DNA from: Octopus sinensis
Taxonomy: Eukaryota
Assembly: GCF_006345805.1 (NCBI RefSeq)
Contig: NW_021833041.1
Coordinates: 124,001-188,000, forward strand
Direction: 5' to 3'
Length of the DNA stretch: 64,000 nt
Below the pieces are notes generated by a model. The model was not told where the DNA came from. It did no database searches and saw only the letters and a program-made list of their open reading frames with translations. Below, piece by piece: positions 38,531 to 50,679 of the stretch. A program made the position numbers and the translations under genes. The first letter of the stretch is position 1; every line of letters starts with the position of its first letter.

Positions 38531-39346
38531 TCAATTATTAATTCCATTATTATTAGTTCTAGTGGTTTTGATTAGGTTGAATATTTCAATTGTTTGATCA
38601 TTTATTGAACGATTCCCATCGATTTTTTTGACCAATTTACTCATTTGATAATAGTTGATTACAGGCTCCGTTTGTTCATTATAATTTTCCAATCTCTTAT
38701 TAAGAACATGCACCGAATCATCTGATCTACGTTCCAATGGTTCGTTCGTATACTAAATATGAATATTTTAAATTATATGTTCACATCATCGATCATTGTA
38801 TTCTTAGGAGGATTATTTTTTAAATGATAAACTCTTCCAGATGATTTGTGATAAAGACGGCCAGTAATGCGATCAATTAATACCTCTGGGGAAACCTCAA
38901 CCGAAATAACAAGTTTTATCGAGCAATTTATTTTCGATAGCTTACTATCTAACTAAATTAAGTATAGATGTTTGTGTTATAGTTTACTAATTGTGCTTGT
39001 CTCAGGGTACGGGGAAATCCATCAAGAATAAATCCATTTGAGCAATTATCGCTGCAAATTATGTTTAATGCCAGATCGGAAATCAAATTATCGTCAACTA
39101 AGCCTCCTGAATTCAAAATTGAGGCAATTTCTTGGCCAATTTTTGAATTTGATTCTGCTTCTTTTCTTAATAAATTGCCTATTTATAAAAGACCGATACA
39201 CGACCTGTCGATATATGGTAGAAATCATACTCATTGGCAATTTTTATAGCCTGTTCAAAATTAAATTATGTTAAATAATATACCTGAGTTCCCTTTCCAC
39301 CTCCTGGTGGCCCAATTATTACAATGCCAAATCGATCAAATTTCAT
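38531..39346 (-). CDS. AK2: Adenylate kinase, long LID type (AK2-like), multi-exon
   Basis: MKFDRFGIVIIGPPGGGKGTQ, HISTG|NLLR, GFILDGFPRT, RITGRLYHKSSGRVYH..NPPK, LERRSDD. The AK2 versus AK3 assignment is tentative. Confidence 0.88.
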
Positions 39347-39419
39347 CTGCGATTTATTGAAATTTAAAAAAATTAAGTGATTTAGCATGCATTATTTAAA
39401 CATATAAAATAATAAATAA

Positions 39420-39990
39420 ACTAATTAACCATCTAATTAAGTACTAAACTTTTGAAGTGAACAAGAGCGAACACTTCCTATAACTCCCTCTTTTTTCACT
39501 TTTTTGGATGTATGAACTTGCGAGAAAATACAGTCCAGCGCCTTTCTCCGATTAAATGCCAAAAAAAAACTGGATCTGTGACCATACAAACATGATACTC
39601 TCCAGAGTCGTCTAAAAACAGTTTAACGAATATAAGCCTGTAAAAAATTATTAATATACAACTGACTTAAGCATTTGGTGACTAATCTGTCCCCTGTAAT
39701 CACATAAATTCAATGGCAGGAGTCTTTGACTGAAGTTGGTTTTTTTCAAGTAGAGATTTTCCTTTGATTTGATCATCTACTCTAATTAGAGATTTTCTTC
39801 ATATTACCTTGGTAACACATAAACTATACTTGCTTTTTATGGTCTCTAAGTGCTCGACAGGCGTTTTTACAAATCAAGAACTTCCTTTTGTATACATTTA
39901 ATCTACTAAACAATGTATCGTAAATCTTAGAATCGTCTCATTTGATAGGCAATATTACTCAGCCTACGTTTCAACTTTCCACGAGGAAAA
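39420..39990 (-). mobile_element. Degenerate R4-like fragment
   Basis: Nucleotide similarity to 24990-25270 and 25900-25957. Confidence 0.65.
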
Positions 39991-40239
39991 TATGATATCT
40001 CTTTATTGGTTTTCTACAAATGGATATGATTCTCCATGAATACTCTTTAATTTATAAGGTTAATTAGATAGTACTCATTTGACTCGAATTTAATTAGACC
40101 GATATAATTAAGCAATTAAATTACGTAGTCGTTAAAGGCAGAGAATAAGTTCTGTTCACTATAATTAGTATTAAAGCACAAAAAATAGAATTATCTTTAT
40201 ATTATAGGCAAAAATTTATTATTTGAAAATAATTGTGAA

Positions 40240-40600
40240 ATTTAAAGATTTGGAAAGTGAAATAGTACCTATTGTATTAACATGAGATGGACTGGTAACT
40301 CAAAATTTTCACAATATGAAAGTTCGCTTAACATTACTGCGAGAACGCAACATATACATTCAATCACTTACTTTAAAGAAAGCCCTTGAGAAAATGAATG
40401 TCTCTTAAAAAACAGAGTTAAACCGTGGGAAAGGACGCTTGAACTGTACAAAAGAATAAAAGAGATTTATTACCAAATATATGTATCTAAAACATCGCCA
40501 GTGCCTGCCAGCACCTCGAAAGGAAAGAGGCGGCCTTGCCTACATGAATCACTATGCGTATAGAGGATTTTTCGACCAGATGAAGATTGGTTAATTAATA
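40240..40600 (+). mobile_element. Degenerate R4-like 3' fragment (more divergent subfamily)
   Basis: IVPIVLT*DGLVT...IYIQSLTLKKALE matches the MTWDGLVT/AYIQS..LKRTLE motifs. Confidence 0.55.
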
Positions 40601-40654
40601 CTTACTTTAAGTTATTTAAATTAAAAAATAGAATTAGATTTCAATATAAATAAT

Positions 40655-41638
40655 TCAAAGAAGGCCTTCTTTTTCTAGCTCTTTTCTGACTTCGTCATTA
40701 ATATCAGATTCTTCACAGCTACTTAGGATGGTATCATCCACTTCATTTTCCTTAGAAATACACTCTTCTAAAATAAATATTATTAAAATAATATTATAAA
40801 ATGTGTGAAAATAAAACCATTATAATTTTTAGACTTGGAGCTGTTAGTAGTGTCGGTGTCAATAACAGAAAAACTATCAGAAATTTCATTATTTCCACAG
40901 ACACCCGAAGAAATCTGTATTTCGGATTGATATACCCCGCAATCTATTTAATTTATATTCTATTTAAAAGAATGATTACCTAATTGGCTATATTCTCTAA
41001 CGTCAGAAGTAATGGCATCCTTGTCAGTTATTTGTTCTATTGGGAAAAGAATGTTTGTTTTTAATTGCAATGAATGCTGCACTAAACACACCCGATAAAA
41101 ATAGTTTCTCCAAAAATCGACTTCTGTAAGACTACAAAAATAAATTGTATTATTAAAGTGGAGAATTTTTATAATATAAAATTAAATACCATTTGGGTAC
41201 TAGTTTATAACGAATTTCTGCCAGATTGGAGTCAAATTTTAAAAGAGAAATTGCCCGAAGACTCATTTTCTCTCCTTTTATAATGAAAGTAGGAGGGGCC
41301 ACGCGAGTAAAATTTGATTCATCCTATTTATACTCAAAAATAAAATCTTTACAGATGATATTTGCAAAATACTATTTTTCAACTTTTCGATATCTGGTTC
41401 CGAAAGATGCGAACAATTACACCATGGAAGAAACTGGTCATAGTCAATTGAATCTTCCTTTATATCATTTAATATTTCATTAAAGGCAATCTAATTATTT
41501 TTTCATTTATTAGCAATATACTTTAGTTTCTGATAAAACTGATTTTGATACTGTTTGTAATTTGGAACCAACAACTTTGGTAACTGCTACAAATTTTTTA
41601 ATCAAATCTTCTTTGTGCTGAAAATTCCAAAAAGCCAT
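40655..41638 (-). CDS. SYAP1: Synapse-associated protein 1 (BSD domain), multi-exon
   Basis: FLPWC...KNSILQIS, DESNFTR..PP, DSNLAEIRYKLVPK|..EVDFWRNYFYRVCLVQHS, followed by an acidic tail. Not captured by the ORF track. Confidence 0.85.
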
Positions 41639-42509
41639 GAAAGTACCTACTGCTTAGCATTATTAAAAAACTTTCAAACAGTAAATAATTGTAACAACAA
41701 AGATACCTAATGAAAATTTTTAACAAGTTTAAAATTTTTTTTAATCTTTTTAAAATAATTTAAATATGCAATGAGTGGTTATGATATGAATCTCTCCAAG
41801 AGCTTGAATTCGTGGCTCATACACCCGACCACGTAGCAAATCAGATGAAAAGGAGTGTGAGGATTCTTAAAAGCTTAACCAGGTTCATCTGCGTCTGGCA
41901 ACGTACATCTACGTGTACAGCTAGTTTTCATATGGTTATAAAGGCTGGTTCGTTACGGTGGAGAGTAACTACCTTGTGCAAGGACTTCGTTTCGATTTGG
42001 TTTCATAACTATTCACGTTGGGTTTTCATCATAATCGGTATTGTCAAATCATTTACATTTCCAGTATTGTATTTGAAAAATAAGAATTATGCGAAAGTGG
42101 CCATATGTGTTTTCTTTAAATTAATAATTTGAAAAATTCTTACTATTTTCAGGCAATAGTTTCCATATGTTGCAAATTGCCATAAAATTGGAGAAGAATT
42201 ATCTGCCATTTATTACTAACTGACTCCAAACCTTTTCCAAATTCATTTCTTTGAAGATGAACTTTTTTTTGTTTTCCGGTTGCAAGTGGATATGACTGTC
42301 TATCAAAATTCGACGAATATTCTTATAAAATTTATTCAAATTCTCAGGGGTCAATATCAATCAGTCCAATGTAATCTGTTTAGAAATTAAATTTTTTACT
42401 TTTCCCTTCTATTCATATGGGGATTCAAACTTTTGTAGTTTGAATGAAGAATTAGTTCCATCATATTTTGTTGTCTTAAAATAAATACAACGTAAATTTA
42501 CAAAAGAAG

Positions 42510-42648
42510 AATTTCCATTGCAATCCTGAGGGGCAACGTCTTCTCGATCATTAGTAGTTTTAGAACAAAACTACCTTAATTTTATCTACTAATAATATTA
42601 GTTCGGACTTAGTTTTCAAAAATTTTTTAAAAAAGAAAAAAGCGGCAA
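42510..42648 (+). mobile_element. CRE-B 3'-end fragment
   Basis: Near-identical to 36529-36657. Confidence 0.85.
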
Positions 42649-42724
42649 ATTTTATTTAATTGTCAAAATTGTTAATTTAGCTGATTCATTTCAAACTATA
42701 ATCTTTGCTAAGTGATCCACGATA

Positions 42725-43042
42725 TTAATTCTTTGATTGAGAGGACGAGCGAATAGATAGGCAGTTTCTGCGCAATATCGCAAGGGAAATGCGCTGAAAA
42801 AGCCAGCTAGACTCACGTCTCTCGTGACTTTTCCTCGAGATCATCAAACTGATTCCCGAACGAAACTCAAGGGCTTTTGGACCGATTATCTTACTCGTCT
42901 TGAAAGCCAGGGGGACGAAAAGACAGGTGTTCTCCAATGAGGCGTACTTTGCGATTTTTTTCGTTTCGGCATGTGCGGAAGCCGAGCCAGGGCGGGACGC
43001 AGAGTCGATGAGAGATGACGAGGAAAACAAGTCGACACAGGT
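42725..43042 (-). mobile_element. CRE 3' fragment (subfamily D)
   Basis: TCVDLFSSSSLIDSASRPG...FVPLAFKTSKIIGPK...ILRRNCLSIRSSSQSKN*. Confidence 0.88.
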
Positions 43043-43299
43043 AAGAGAAATCATAAAGAGAGATGAAATTTATATTTTTCTCGCTACGGAAAAATTAATT
43101 TTTCTGTGAATACTCCCAAATTCGCCATTTTTGGTCCGTCATTTTTTGCGGAGAATTTGATAAATGGCGAATTTCAGAATATAATTAATAATTTTTGAAT
43201 GTGAGTAGAACTGCTTAATAATTCGAAAAGCCAAAATTGACGTAATTGAAAAAATTAATTTTATTTTAACAAAAAATTATGCTTTTTATCAAAGTAATA

Positions 43300-44580
43300 T
43301 TCCAGTCCCGTTTGTTGTCTCTTTATATTTTGATTTTTTTCCTCGAATCTCGAATTTAAGTAATTAGACGCACATCTTCTTCGTTTTCGACAATTTCGAT
43401 TAGTGATTTCTCAATTTCTCTTAATTTTACACCAATCTCATTTCTAGTGAGATGAACTATTGTTTGTTCATTTTGAGGAAAATTTTTATCTGCAGATTGT
43501 TTTTCAGGATCTTCATTATCGAAATTACTTTCTTTGGTGAGAGTTTCATGGTGAGAGTTTGTGTATATTCAAAATACTGTGTAACAACTTTATTTCGGCC
43601 TTGCAAACTTTTTTAGTGTGTTGGGGTGTTCTGTAATATCCACAACAAATTCCAAGTCTAACAAGTAATCAAGAGATTATAATTCTGGTAAAAGTTTGTT
43701 TTTGCCAAAATAAAGTGTTTTATTTATTGTCTTAAATCAAAAAATCTCTTTAATACCACACCGCGACTTAACCACTTTATCTCTGAATGATATGGTAATC
43801 CGTGTTTAAATCCAAAATCGCTGATAAAAATGTCGAATTGACAGTGATTTAGACCTCTGGAATGATTCAAAATACAATGAAATATTCAAAAATCACATCC
43901 TCCGCTTTCAGCTTGTACTTTCTCTCTGAATTGAACCACAACGTCATTTTTCCCAATCATTAATGGAGAACCATCTATAACTGCACTAACAGCACGTGCC
44001 CATTTATATTTCAAAGCTATCAAGCACACTGACGAGAGTTTTGAATATTTTATTTGTCGTAGTGATGTCCACCATAAGTATCAAATCAAGGAATTTCTCT
44101 GTGACCGTCAAATCTTTGTCCACGCCACGAATGAATATAGCTAACCGAACCACGTCCATAATGGCACGACTCTCGTCAATAACAATAGAAGAGGTAATAA
44201 ATGAACTGATTTTCGTCTTGAGTTGATTATGAAAATCAGTGGCAAGATCTGAAATCCTATTCGCCATAGTATTTCTTGTAAGGCTAATCTTGCTAAATCA
44301 GGTCGATTAGTAGAGCGTATGATTTCAGTAGCTTTCATAATATATGATTTATAACGTAGCTAGCTTTGACAGCTGCCTCACTATCACCTCGAAATTTGGC
44401 AAAAGAAGATTGCTAATTTTGCAAACATACATAGTTACAAACATAGTTACTGTATTCCGGAGAATGGTGGTTTTCGTAGTGTGGTCAAATGTTATATTCT
44501 TTGACTACTGAAATTTCTTATGCACACATCAAACAAATTGGTTTCCGATTTAACATGGAAACATTGTAACCACTGTAGAA
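43300..44580 (-). mobile_element. Degenerate hAT transposase (SPIN/GTF2IRD2-like)
   Basis: ANRISDLA.D..QLK..., [52 protein letters not shown]; no TIRs found. Confidence 0.75.
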
Positions 44581-44584
44581 GTAA

Positions 44585-44990
44585 GACGATGACCATTTAG
44601 CCACAAAGTTTAGGAGTATACTTTACCATGACTAACATGGAGGCATAACGAGATGAAGTCCCTCCATCTTTTGCTCTGAAACAAGTATGGCATGAGGCGA
44701 TCCAGGAGTGGCAAACTCATAGAGTTCAATCAATGTGTGAAAGCTCGAAGGTATACATTAAGGATAGCCTTATAGACATTTCGATTGCTGTCCAGCATAA
44801 CAAACTTGACATTGTGGTCCGAAATAAGCTCACCGAAAAGCTTGTTATTGTAGAAATGAGCATAACATGCCTAGGTCGCCTGGAAGTTGAGAAGAGGAGG
44901 AAGTATGAGCTTCTCTTAAACGAGCTAGACTAGATGCACGAATCTAAATCCACGTCATTCCTTGTATAATGACATGGAATGGAGTGATTT
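44585..44990 (+). mobile_element. Degenerate R4-like fragment
   Basis: DHLATK...RHNE..., VQHNKLDIVV, EVEKRRKYELLLNEL; homologous to the reverse complement of 25250-25650. Confidence 0.8.
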
Positions 44991-45055
44991 AATAGGCCTG
45001 AGTGACTGACCTTTTATATTGGGGTATAAAAAACAGATTAAGTAAAAAAAGAATC

Positions 45056-45587
45056 ACATTAATATGTTAGTACTCAGACTAATTTTATCAAAAAAAACGA
45101 TATTCATTTTTTGAAGAAAATCTAACTTTTTTAATAGAGATTTTTTTTGTTCCGTCCATGTCAGGTTTATAAAGATTTTTTTCATTTTCGAACCAAATAT
45201 TTGAATAATTTTTATTTTTATATAATTGTTCATTAAAAAAAATATTTGAACCAATAAATTTCAAGTTATTTGATTCTCTATGAGGTACTTTTTTGAGATG
45301 GTTAATCTGATTTTCAATAGAATGAATTGACAAAAAAGAACAATTCTGTATTTTTGATTTGATTTCATTTTTTGTCATAAATGAACTAAAATTAAATTTC
45401 AATAAACGAACCTTGTGGAACCTATCACATTATTTATTAAATATTCGTTTACAATACAATTGGATTTATTTAAACACATTTTTTCAAAATTTTGGAAAGA
45501 AAGCTTGTTTTGTTTATTTTGTAAAGACAATTTATTCAAGTAATTGTCAAGTTTATTCAATTGACTGCATTTATTTGAATCATACAT
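45056..45587 (-). CDS. Hypothetical K/N-rich coding exons (possibly the 3' part of a larger gene)
   Basis: Overlapping minus-strand ORFs 45399-45587 and 45088-45402, the latter with a KKVRF motif; unidentified. Confidence 0.25.
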
Positions 45588-46534
45588 TAATTAATCTAAT
45601 GAAATTAAATGAAAAATAAAGTTTAGAAACGAATTAATTTATTTAATATGACCAAATGCAGGCATGCTTGAAAATATTAAATTAAGTTTGAAATGTTTAA
45701 TTAATGAAAACTTAATTTGTTGGAGAATCTAATCAGTGTGATCTATGTTTTAAATAAACACAAAAGTAATATATTTAATTGATTCTTTCAATTGATCTTG
45801 TAAATAAATCGTAAAATATTTAGAACAATTTAAACGTTGGAGACCATTAATGAAATATTAATTTTTCATATCATAAAAAGTCAATGAAGCTTAAAAATCA
45901 AATTCATATGTGAGAAAATCATTAAAAATAATCTTATTGAGCACTTTTCACCTTTATTAGTAGCTATTCTCTTCCATCTACCACAGTCATTAGCAATTGA
46001 TTTTAGTGCGGATAAACCGGTTAAATGGACATCTGGCTTAAATAGCGTGGAACTATGTGTATTGTGAAGCTTAGCAAAAAAGTTCTTAAAAAATTAAAAA
46101 ATCATAGAAAACCTAGAAGAAAACACATTAGACGACAAAACACATCAACAAGCTAAAGACTATATGATTTTACTAGAGATAAAATTGCAGAAGTAATTAA
46201 TAAATGTGTTTATTGCCAGGCAAATTTTAATTCGTAATGTTGAACTAAAAATTTAATTGCGACTAAGTCGCAATGGTTAGTGTTAAAAACACGTAAAGAT
46301 TGCATATGGAATCTAAATTTTTTTAATTTCTAATGTAAAGTTTAATTATTTTCTCATTTTTAAATTATTATTTTTGAATGGTTATCCCAAAATAAAATAG
46401 AGTTTTCGATAATCAATAAACAGCGTTTATTTTTGTAAAATTTAGATAATTATTTTTCAATGGTTAACTTAAAATCAAATAGATTTCTCAATTTATTGGA
46501 ACAAAGTGAATCAATTTATGATAATTATGTATAT

Positions 46535-46787
46535 TTAATTAGCAGCAGAGGATAGGATGGAATGGCAATTCCCACGCAAGATGGCTATTGATATGCGTTG
46601 GAAAAGCCATGTCCGTTCCCGATGATAATTTCTTCTTCTGCTTGCCAAATCCCCCAGTTTAATAAGGAATTTTTTAGTTCTGGGGCCGAGGACTCCCGAT
46701 GTCTCCACTGCGATCGGGGCAAAGATGTGGCGGTGAGATAATGCACTGTATTTCTTGATTTTTAGCGTTTCGGCCAGGTTGGCTAGA
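46535..46787 (-). mobile_element. CRE 3' fragment (subfamily H)
   Basis: Manual translation LANLAETLKIKKYSALSHRHIFAPIAVETSGVLGPRT...WLFQRISIAILRGNCHSILSSAAN*; absent from the ORF track. Confidence 0.9.
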
Positions 46788-46859
46788 AAAAAAATATAGA
46801 AAATAGTTTATTAACAGTCATAAATACATATTTATTAATTATTTTTAAAAAGAATATTA

Positions 46860-47413
46860 CTTTTATAAAATTAAATTGGCACGTGAAAAATGGGTCTACT
46901 CGTTTTGACTAGAGATACTTTGTCAAAAATCAAAAAATACAAAGAATCCCAGAATTTGGATGAAGTTTTGGATAAGAAGGAGAGATCAACATGCAGCAAT
47001 CTTTTCTTTTGCTGATGGAAAAGTTTATATACGAAGAAATGGCCTAAAACTACGATTTTTTTGTATTGAAGACGCATAACTTTTGGCGTCTATAAAGATA
47101 TTATTAAAGGAATTGTTTACGACTATAATCGTTCACGACATGCAACAACAAAGCATATTCCTTTCACGAAAGCAGGAGAAAAAATGAAAAACAAACGGAA
47201 ATGGAAATTCGATGAAAACGACATTAAGGTTGTTTGTCACGTGTTATAATGCGGATTTAGGTGGGGGATAATGTTCTATTACGGCAAGATAATGATGCTA
47301 ATCCACAGAATAGAAATTATCCATTATATGATCAAATTGATACGAATAAAGCGATTTAGTCGATTTTTAGGGCGGTCTAAGGAGATGCCGGGTCCTTGCA
47401 AAAACCGGTGACA
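46860..47413 (+). mobile_element. Internally deleted Ginger-like integrase element, right end only
   Basis: IIKGIVYDYNRSRHATTKHIPF, IK|VGDNVLLRQDNDAN with a 32-nt GT-AG intron at 47229-47260; ends ...CCGGTGACA. Confidence 0.65.
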
Positions 47414-47543
47414 ATCAATAAACAGCGTTGATTTTTGTCGCATGCTATTTTTTCCGTGATTCTGCTTCTTTGAACATGTACCAAAATTATTAAAAAAGGG
47501 TTAAAAGTGGGACTTGAAAAAAACCATTTTGATTTTTAAGCTT

Positions 47544-50500
47544 TTTTTTTTTTACTTATACAACTATTTAATTAAAATGGGGAATAAGTTATACACCAGC
47601 GGTTCTCAACCGTGGTCCCCAGAAAATTTTTAGTGGTCCCCAGGAATTTTCGAAAAATAAAAATATATTAAAGTTAAAACTAATTGTACAATTAAGTATA
47701 AATCAAAAACATTGAAATTAATCAAGCGGTTCTCAATCGTGGTCCCCAGAAAATTTTTAGTGGTCCCCAGGAATTTTCGAAAAATAACAATATATTAAAT
47801 TTAAAACTAATTGTACAATTAAATATAAATCAAAAACATTGAAATTAATCTGATTTGATTAGCGTGGTTTATCATTCTAGTTATGGTTAACAAGAATCGT
47901 CGTCTTTGGTCGGATTCTTACGTACATTTGGATTCACTAAATTCATGCCCCAAATAATGAAATAAAGGCAAAATGCATGATTTGCCATAAAATTTTGGGA
48001 AAAAATTCACTGAAACCTTCTCAACTTAGGCGCCACAAAGAGTCTGTACACCCAGAAAATTCTTCCTCACATGAATATTTTAAAGTCAAAAGAACGAAGT
48101 TTGATTCACAGCCAAAGCTTGAGTGGTTTAATAAATCTCAAGATAAACCGAGATTAGAAGCATCATATGCTGTACCTGGCCCTGACGAGGCCAAAAATTG
48201 TGCGCTAATACCAAAAAATGTTTATTTTATTTAAGGTGGTCCCCACAAAATTTTATAGTGCAAAAGTGGTCCCCACAAAATTTTATAGTGCAAAAGTGGT
48301 CCCCAGTCTAAAAAAGGTTGAGAACCGCTGTTATACACGAATTAATAAAGAGCCTGGAGGTCAGCTCAAAGTCGCCGCGCTGCGTATCGAGTGGCAGTTT
48401 CCGCGGAGCACTGCGACCGAGATTCGCTGGAAGAGCCAGCTCGTCTCCCTCCGGTCGTTGGTCTTCTTGGCGATTCTCCTGGCAATGTCGGCAAGAAGGC
48501 GAGTCGCAGACCTGCCGACAATTCCAGATGTTTAGAAGGCGAGGGGGGCAAACTCGTAAGAGTCCGAAATATTTCCATACTTCGACCTCTTAGCCTCCTC
48601 AGCCTGAGCACTGGCGGAACCCGGGTTAGTGATGGACTTGAGTAACACCGACGCGGAGAACGAGTCAACAAAAGTTGCGTCCCAAATCAGGGACTTGCCT
48701 TCCCTGAAAGGGAAGGTAGTCATCCCGTCAGGACGCTTTCCATCACTCCGGCAGAGACCGACTGGCTTTAGAGTGGAGGGGAAACCTGCCGACTCTAGAG
48801 CCCTTTTCACGACGTCATTGAGGTGAGTGTGGCGAGGAATTCTGCCAGCACTCTTCTTGCACGAGAGGGCGTGCAAACCGTTCAGAGAGATCGTGGACCC
48901 GCACCGGCATGGGTGGGGCTGACAGATGTCCAGACCCAAGCGTAAGCAGACACCAATCCGTAAGGATTCGTCGTCCAAGAGATGTCCCGTACTAGGGGTA
49001 GGGAGTGCATTGAGCCGATCTCCCGTATGCGGCTGGCAAGCGCAGTTGAGAGATGCCAGTTGGACTTGGTCCAACTTTGACCGGAGTTTGCACAGAGTGT
49101 CTGAGCAAAAGACTTCGTCCCAGTTCTTTTGGACTGAAGGAATTTTTGGAAAAACCAGACCGAGTGACGACCAAATCCGCGAGGCTGATGAGAATTCGGA
49201 AAGCTCGTTGAGTTCGAGAGAGGGAAAAAGAACCGAGCAGACCGAATTCCTGGATGCCGAGGTCGAAGAGAGATAGCAAGGCAAGGCTAGGTCCTTGCAG
49301 GAGCGACTCCCGATCCCCCCGAAACGTATAGGTAGGCACGCACGGGTAAGACCGACGCCAGTGAGTCTCGTGTTGAGATGGGATACCAGCGAGGTGAGGA
49401 TAAGATTGTCGATTGCAAGTAAAGCATCGGGAGCCACGAAACAAGGCGAAGAACGGAGGATGTATGTTAGCCTCGGGATAAAGAGGAAATTCCTCAGCAA
49501 GAAAAACCGGTGCTTTACGTGCAATCTCGTCGGACTCCCCAGTGGCTCCCCGGTGTGACACTGTCCTAAATCAACTCCGAAGTAAACACCCTCGCACTCC
49601 CGCCGATATACGAGCAATTCCGACTTTGGACACGGTCCCGCCTATCCCGATCACACCGGCCGAGGTCTCGGCTGCCCTGGGGTCTTTTGCTCCCAGCAGC
49701 AGCGGGGGCTTAGACGGTTTAAAGCCCATCCATCTCCGGGATCTTGTATCACCCCTAACCCTCGATTCCGGTAGGGACTTATTATCCTCCATCACCCGTC
49801 TTTGTTCGCGCATTGTGTCCGGCACGATCCCAGCCGTCGCAAGGGAGCTTCTCTTTTCTGCGGGGCTTATTGCCCTGAAGAAAGCCGAGGGCGGTGTGAG
49901 ACCGATTGCTATCGGCAACGTCTTCAGAAGGCTCTCAGCCAAAATCATGTCATTCAGGGTGGTTCCAACTCTGAGTTCGGAGTTCTTACCCTTCCAGTAC
50001 GGTGTTGGTGTTAAGGGTGCCTGCGAAATCCTAGCGCACGGTACCCGCCAACTCCTACATTCTAAACCCAACGACTGTGAGTTTATTGTCAAACTGGATG
50101 TCAGTAATGCTTTCAATTGTGTCCGTCGTGACCACATGCTCGAGGTGGTCTCAAAACGGTGCCCAGAGCTCTGGCCAATCGTAAATCTCGCATATTCTTC
50201 TCCAAGCTGCCTCCTGTTTCATGACGAAACCATTATGTCCGAATGCGGTATTCAGCAGGGTGACCCCCTTGGGCCATTGCTGTTTGCCCTCTCTGTTGAC
50301 CATATTGCACGCAACCTTGATTCCAATGTCAATTTTTGGTACCTGGACGATGTTACTATTGGAGGACCTTTGGATGTCGTTATGAAGGACATTAACAAAA
50401 TCACGTCTGGTTTCGCGGAGATCGGTCTATCTTTGAATGGTCATAAGTGCGAACTCGTAAATATTTCGTTGTCCTCGGGGGCTCTTTCTCACGCATCTTC

Positions 50501-50679
50501 TTCCCTACGCGGTCTGATTGCAGGGCTAAGGCTCACACCTACCAACGATCTAGTTATTCTGGGGTCACCAATTTCCGAACATGGAATCTTAAAGAGCTTA
50601 TCGTCTAAATTGGAAGAAATCAAGCTGCTTACCGAGCGGATCCGCGGGCTTGACTCGCACATGGCTTTTAGGTATAGGT
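47544..50679 (-). mobile_element. CRE retrotransposon E with inverted 5' segment (49506-50669 on +), poly(A) and 12-bp TSD
   Basis: Minus segment FFLLRN...RPDG...LRGNC (one premature stop at 48532). Plus segment GALRAISSD...KHP...QQGDPLGP...WYLDD...DSHMAF. T-tract at 47544-47553; TSD ATTTTTAAGCTT at 47532-47543 and 50680-50691. Confidence 0.92.
47597..48330 (+). mobile_element. Internally deleted hAT (Charlie/Buster-like), inserted in the 3' UTR of CRE-E
   Basis: TIR CAGCGGTTCTCAACC and an 8-bp TSD TTATACAC. BED-finger remnant ICHKILGKNSLKPSQLRRHKESVH; ~127-bp left-end duplication and 30-bp right-end repeats. Confidence 0.92.
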
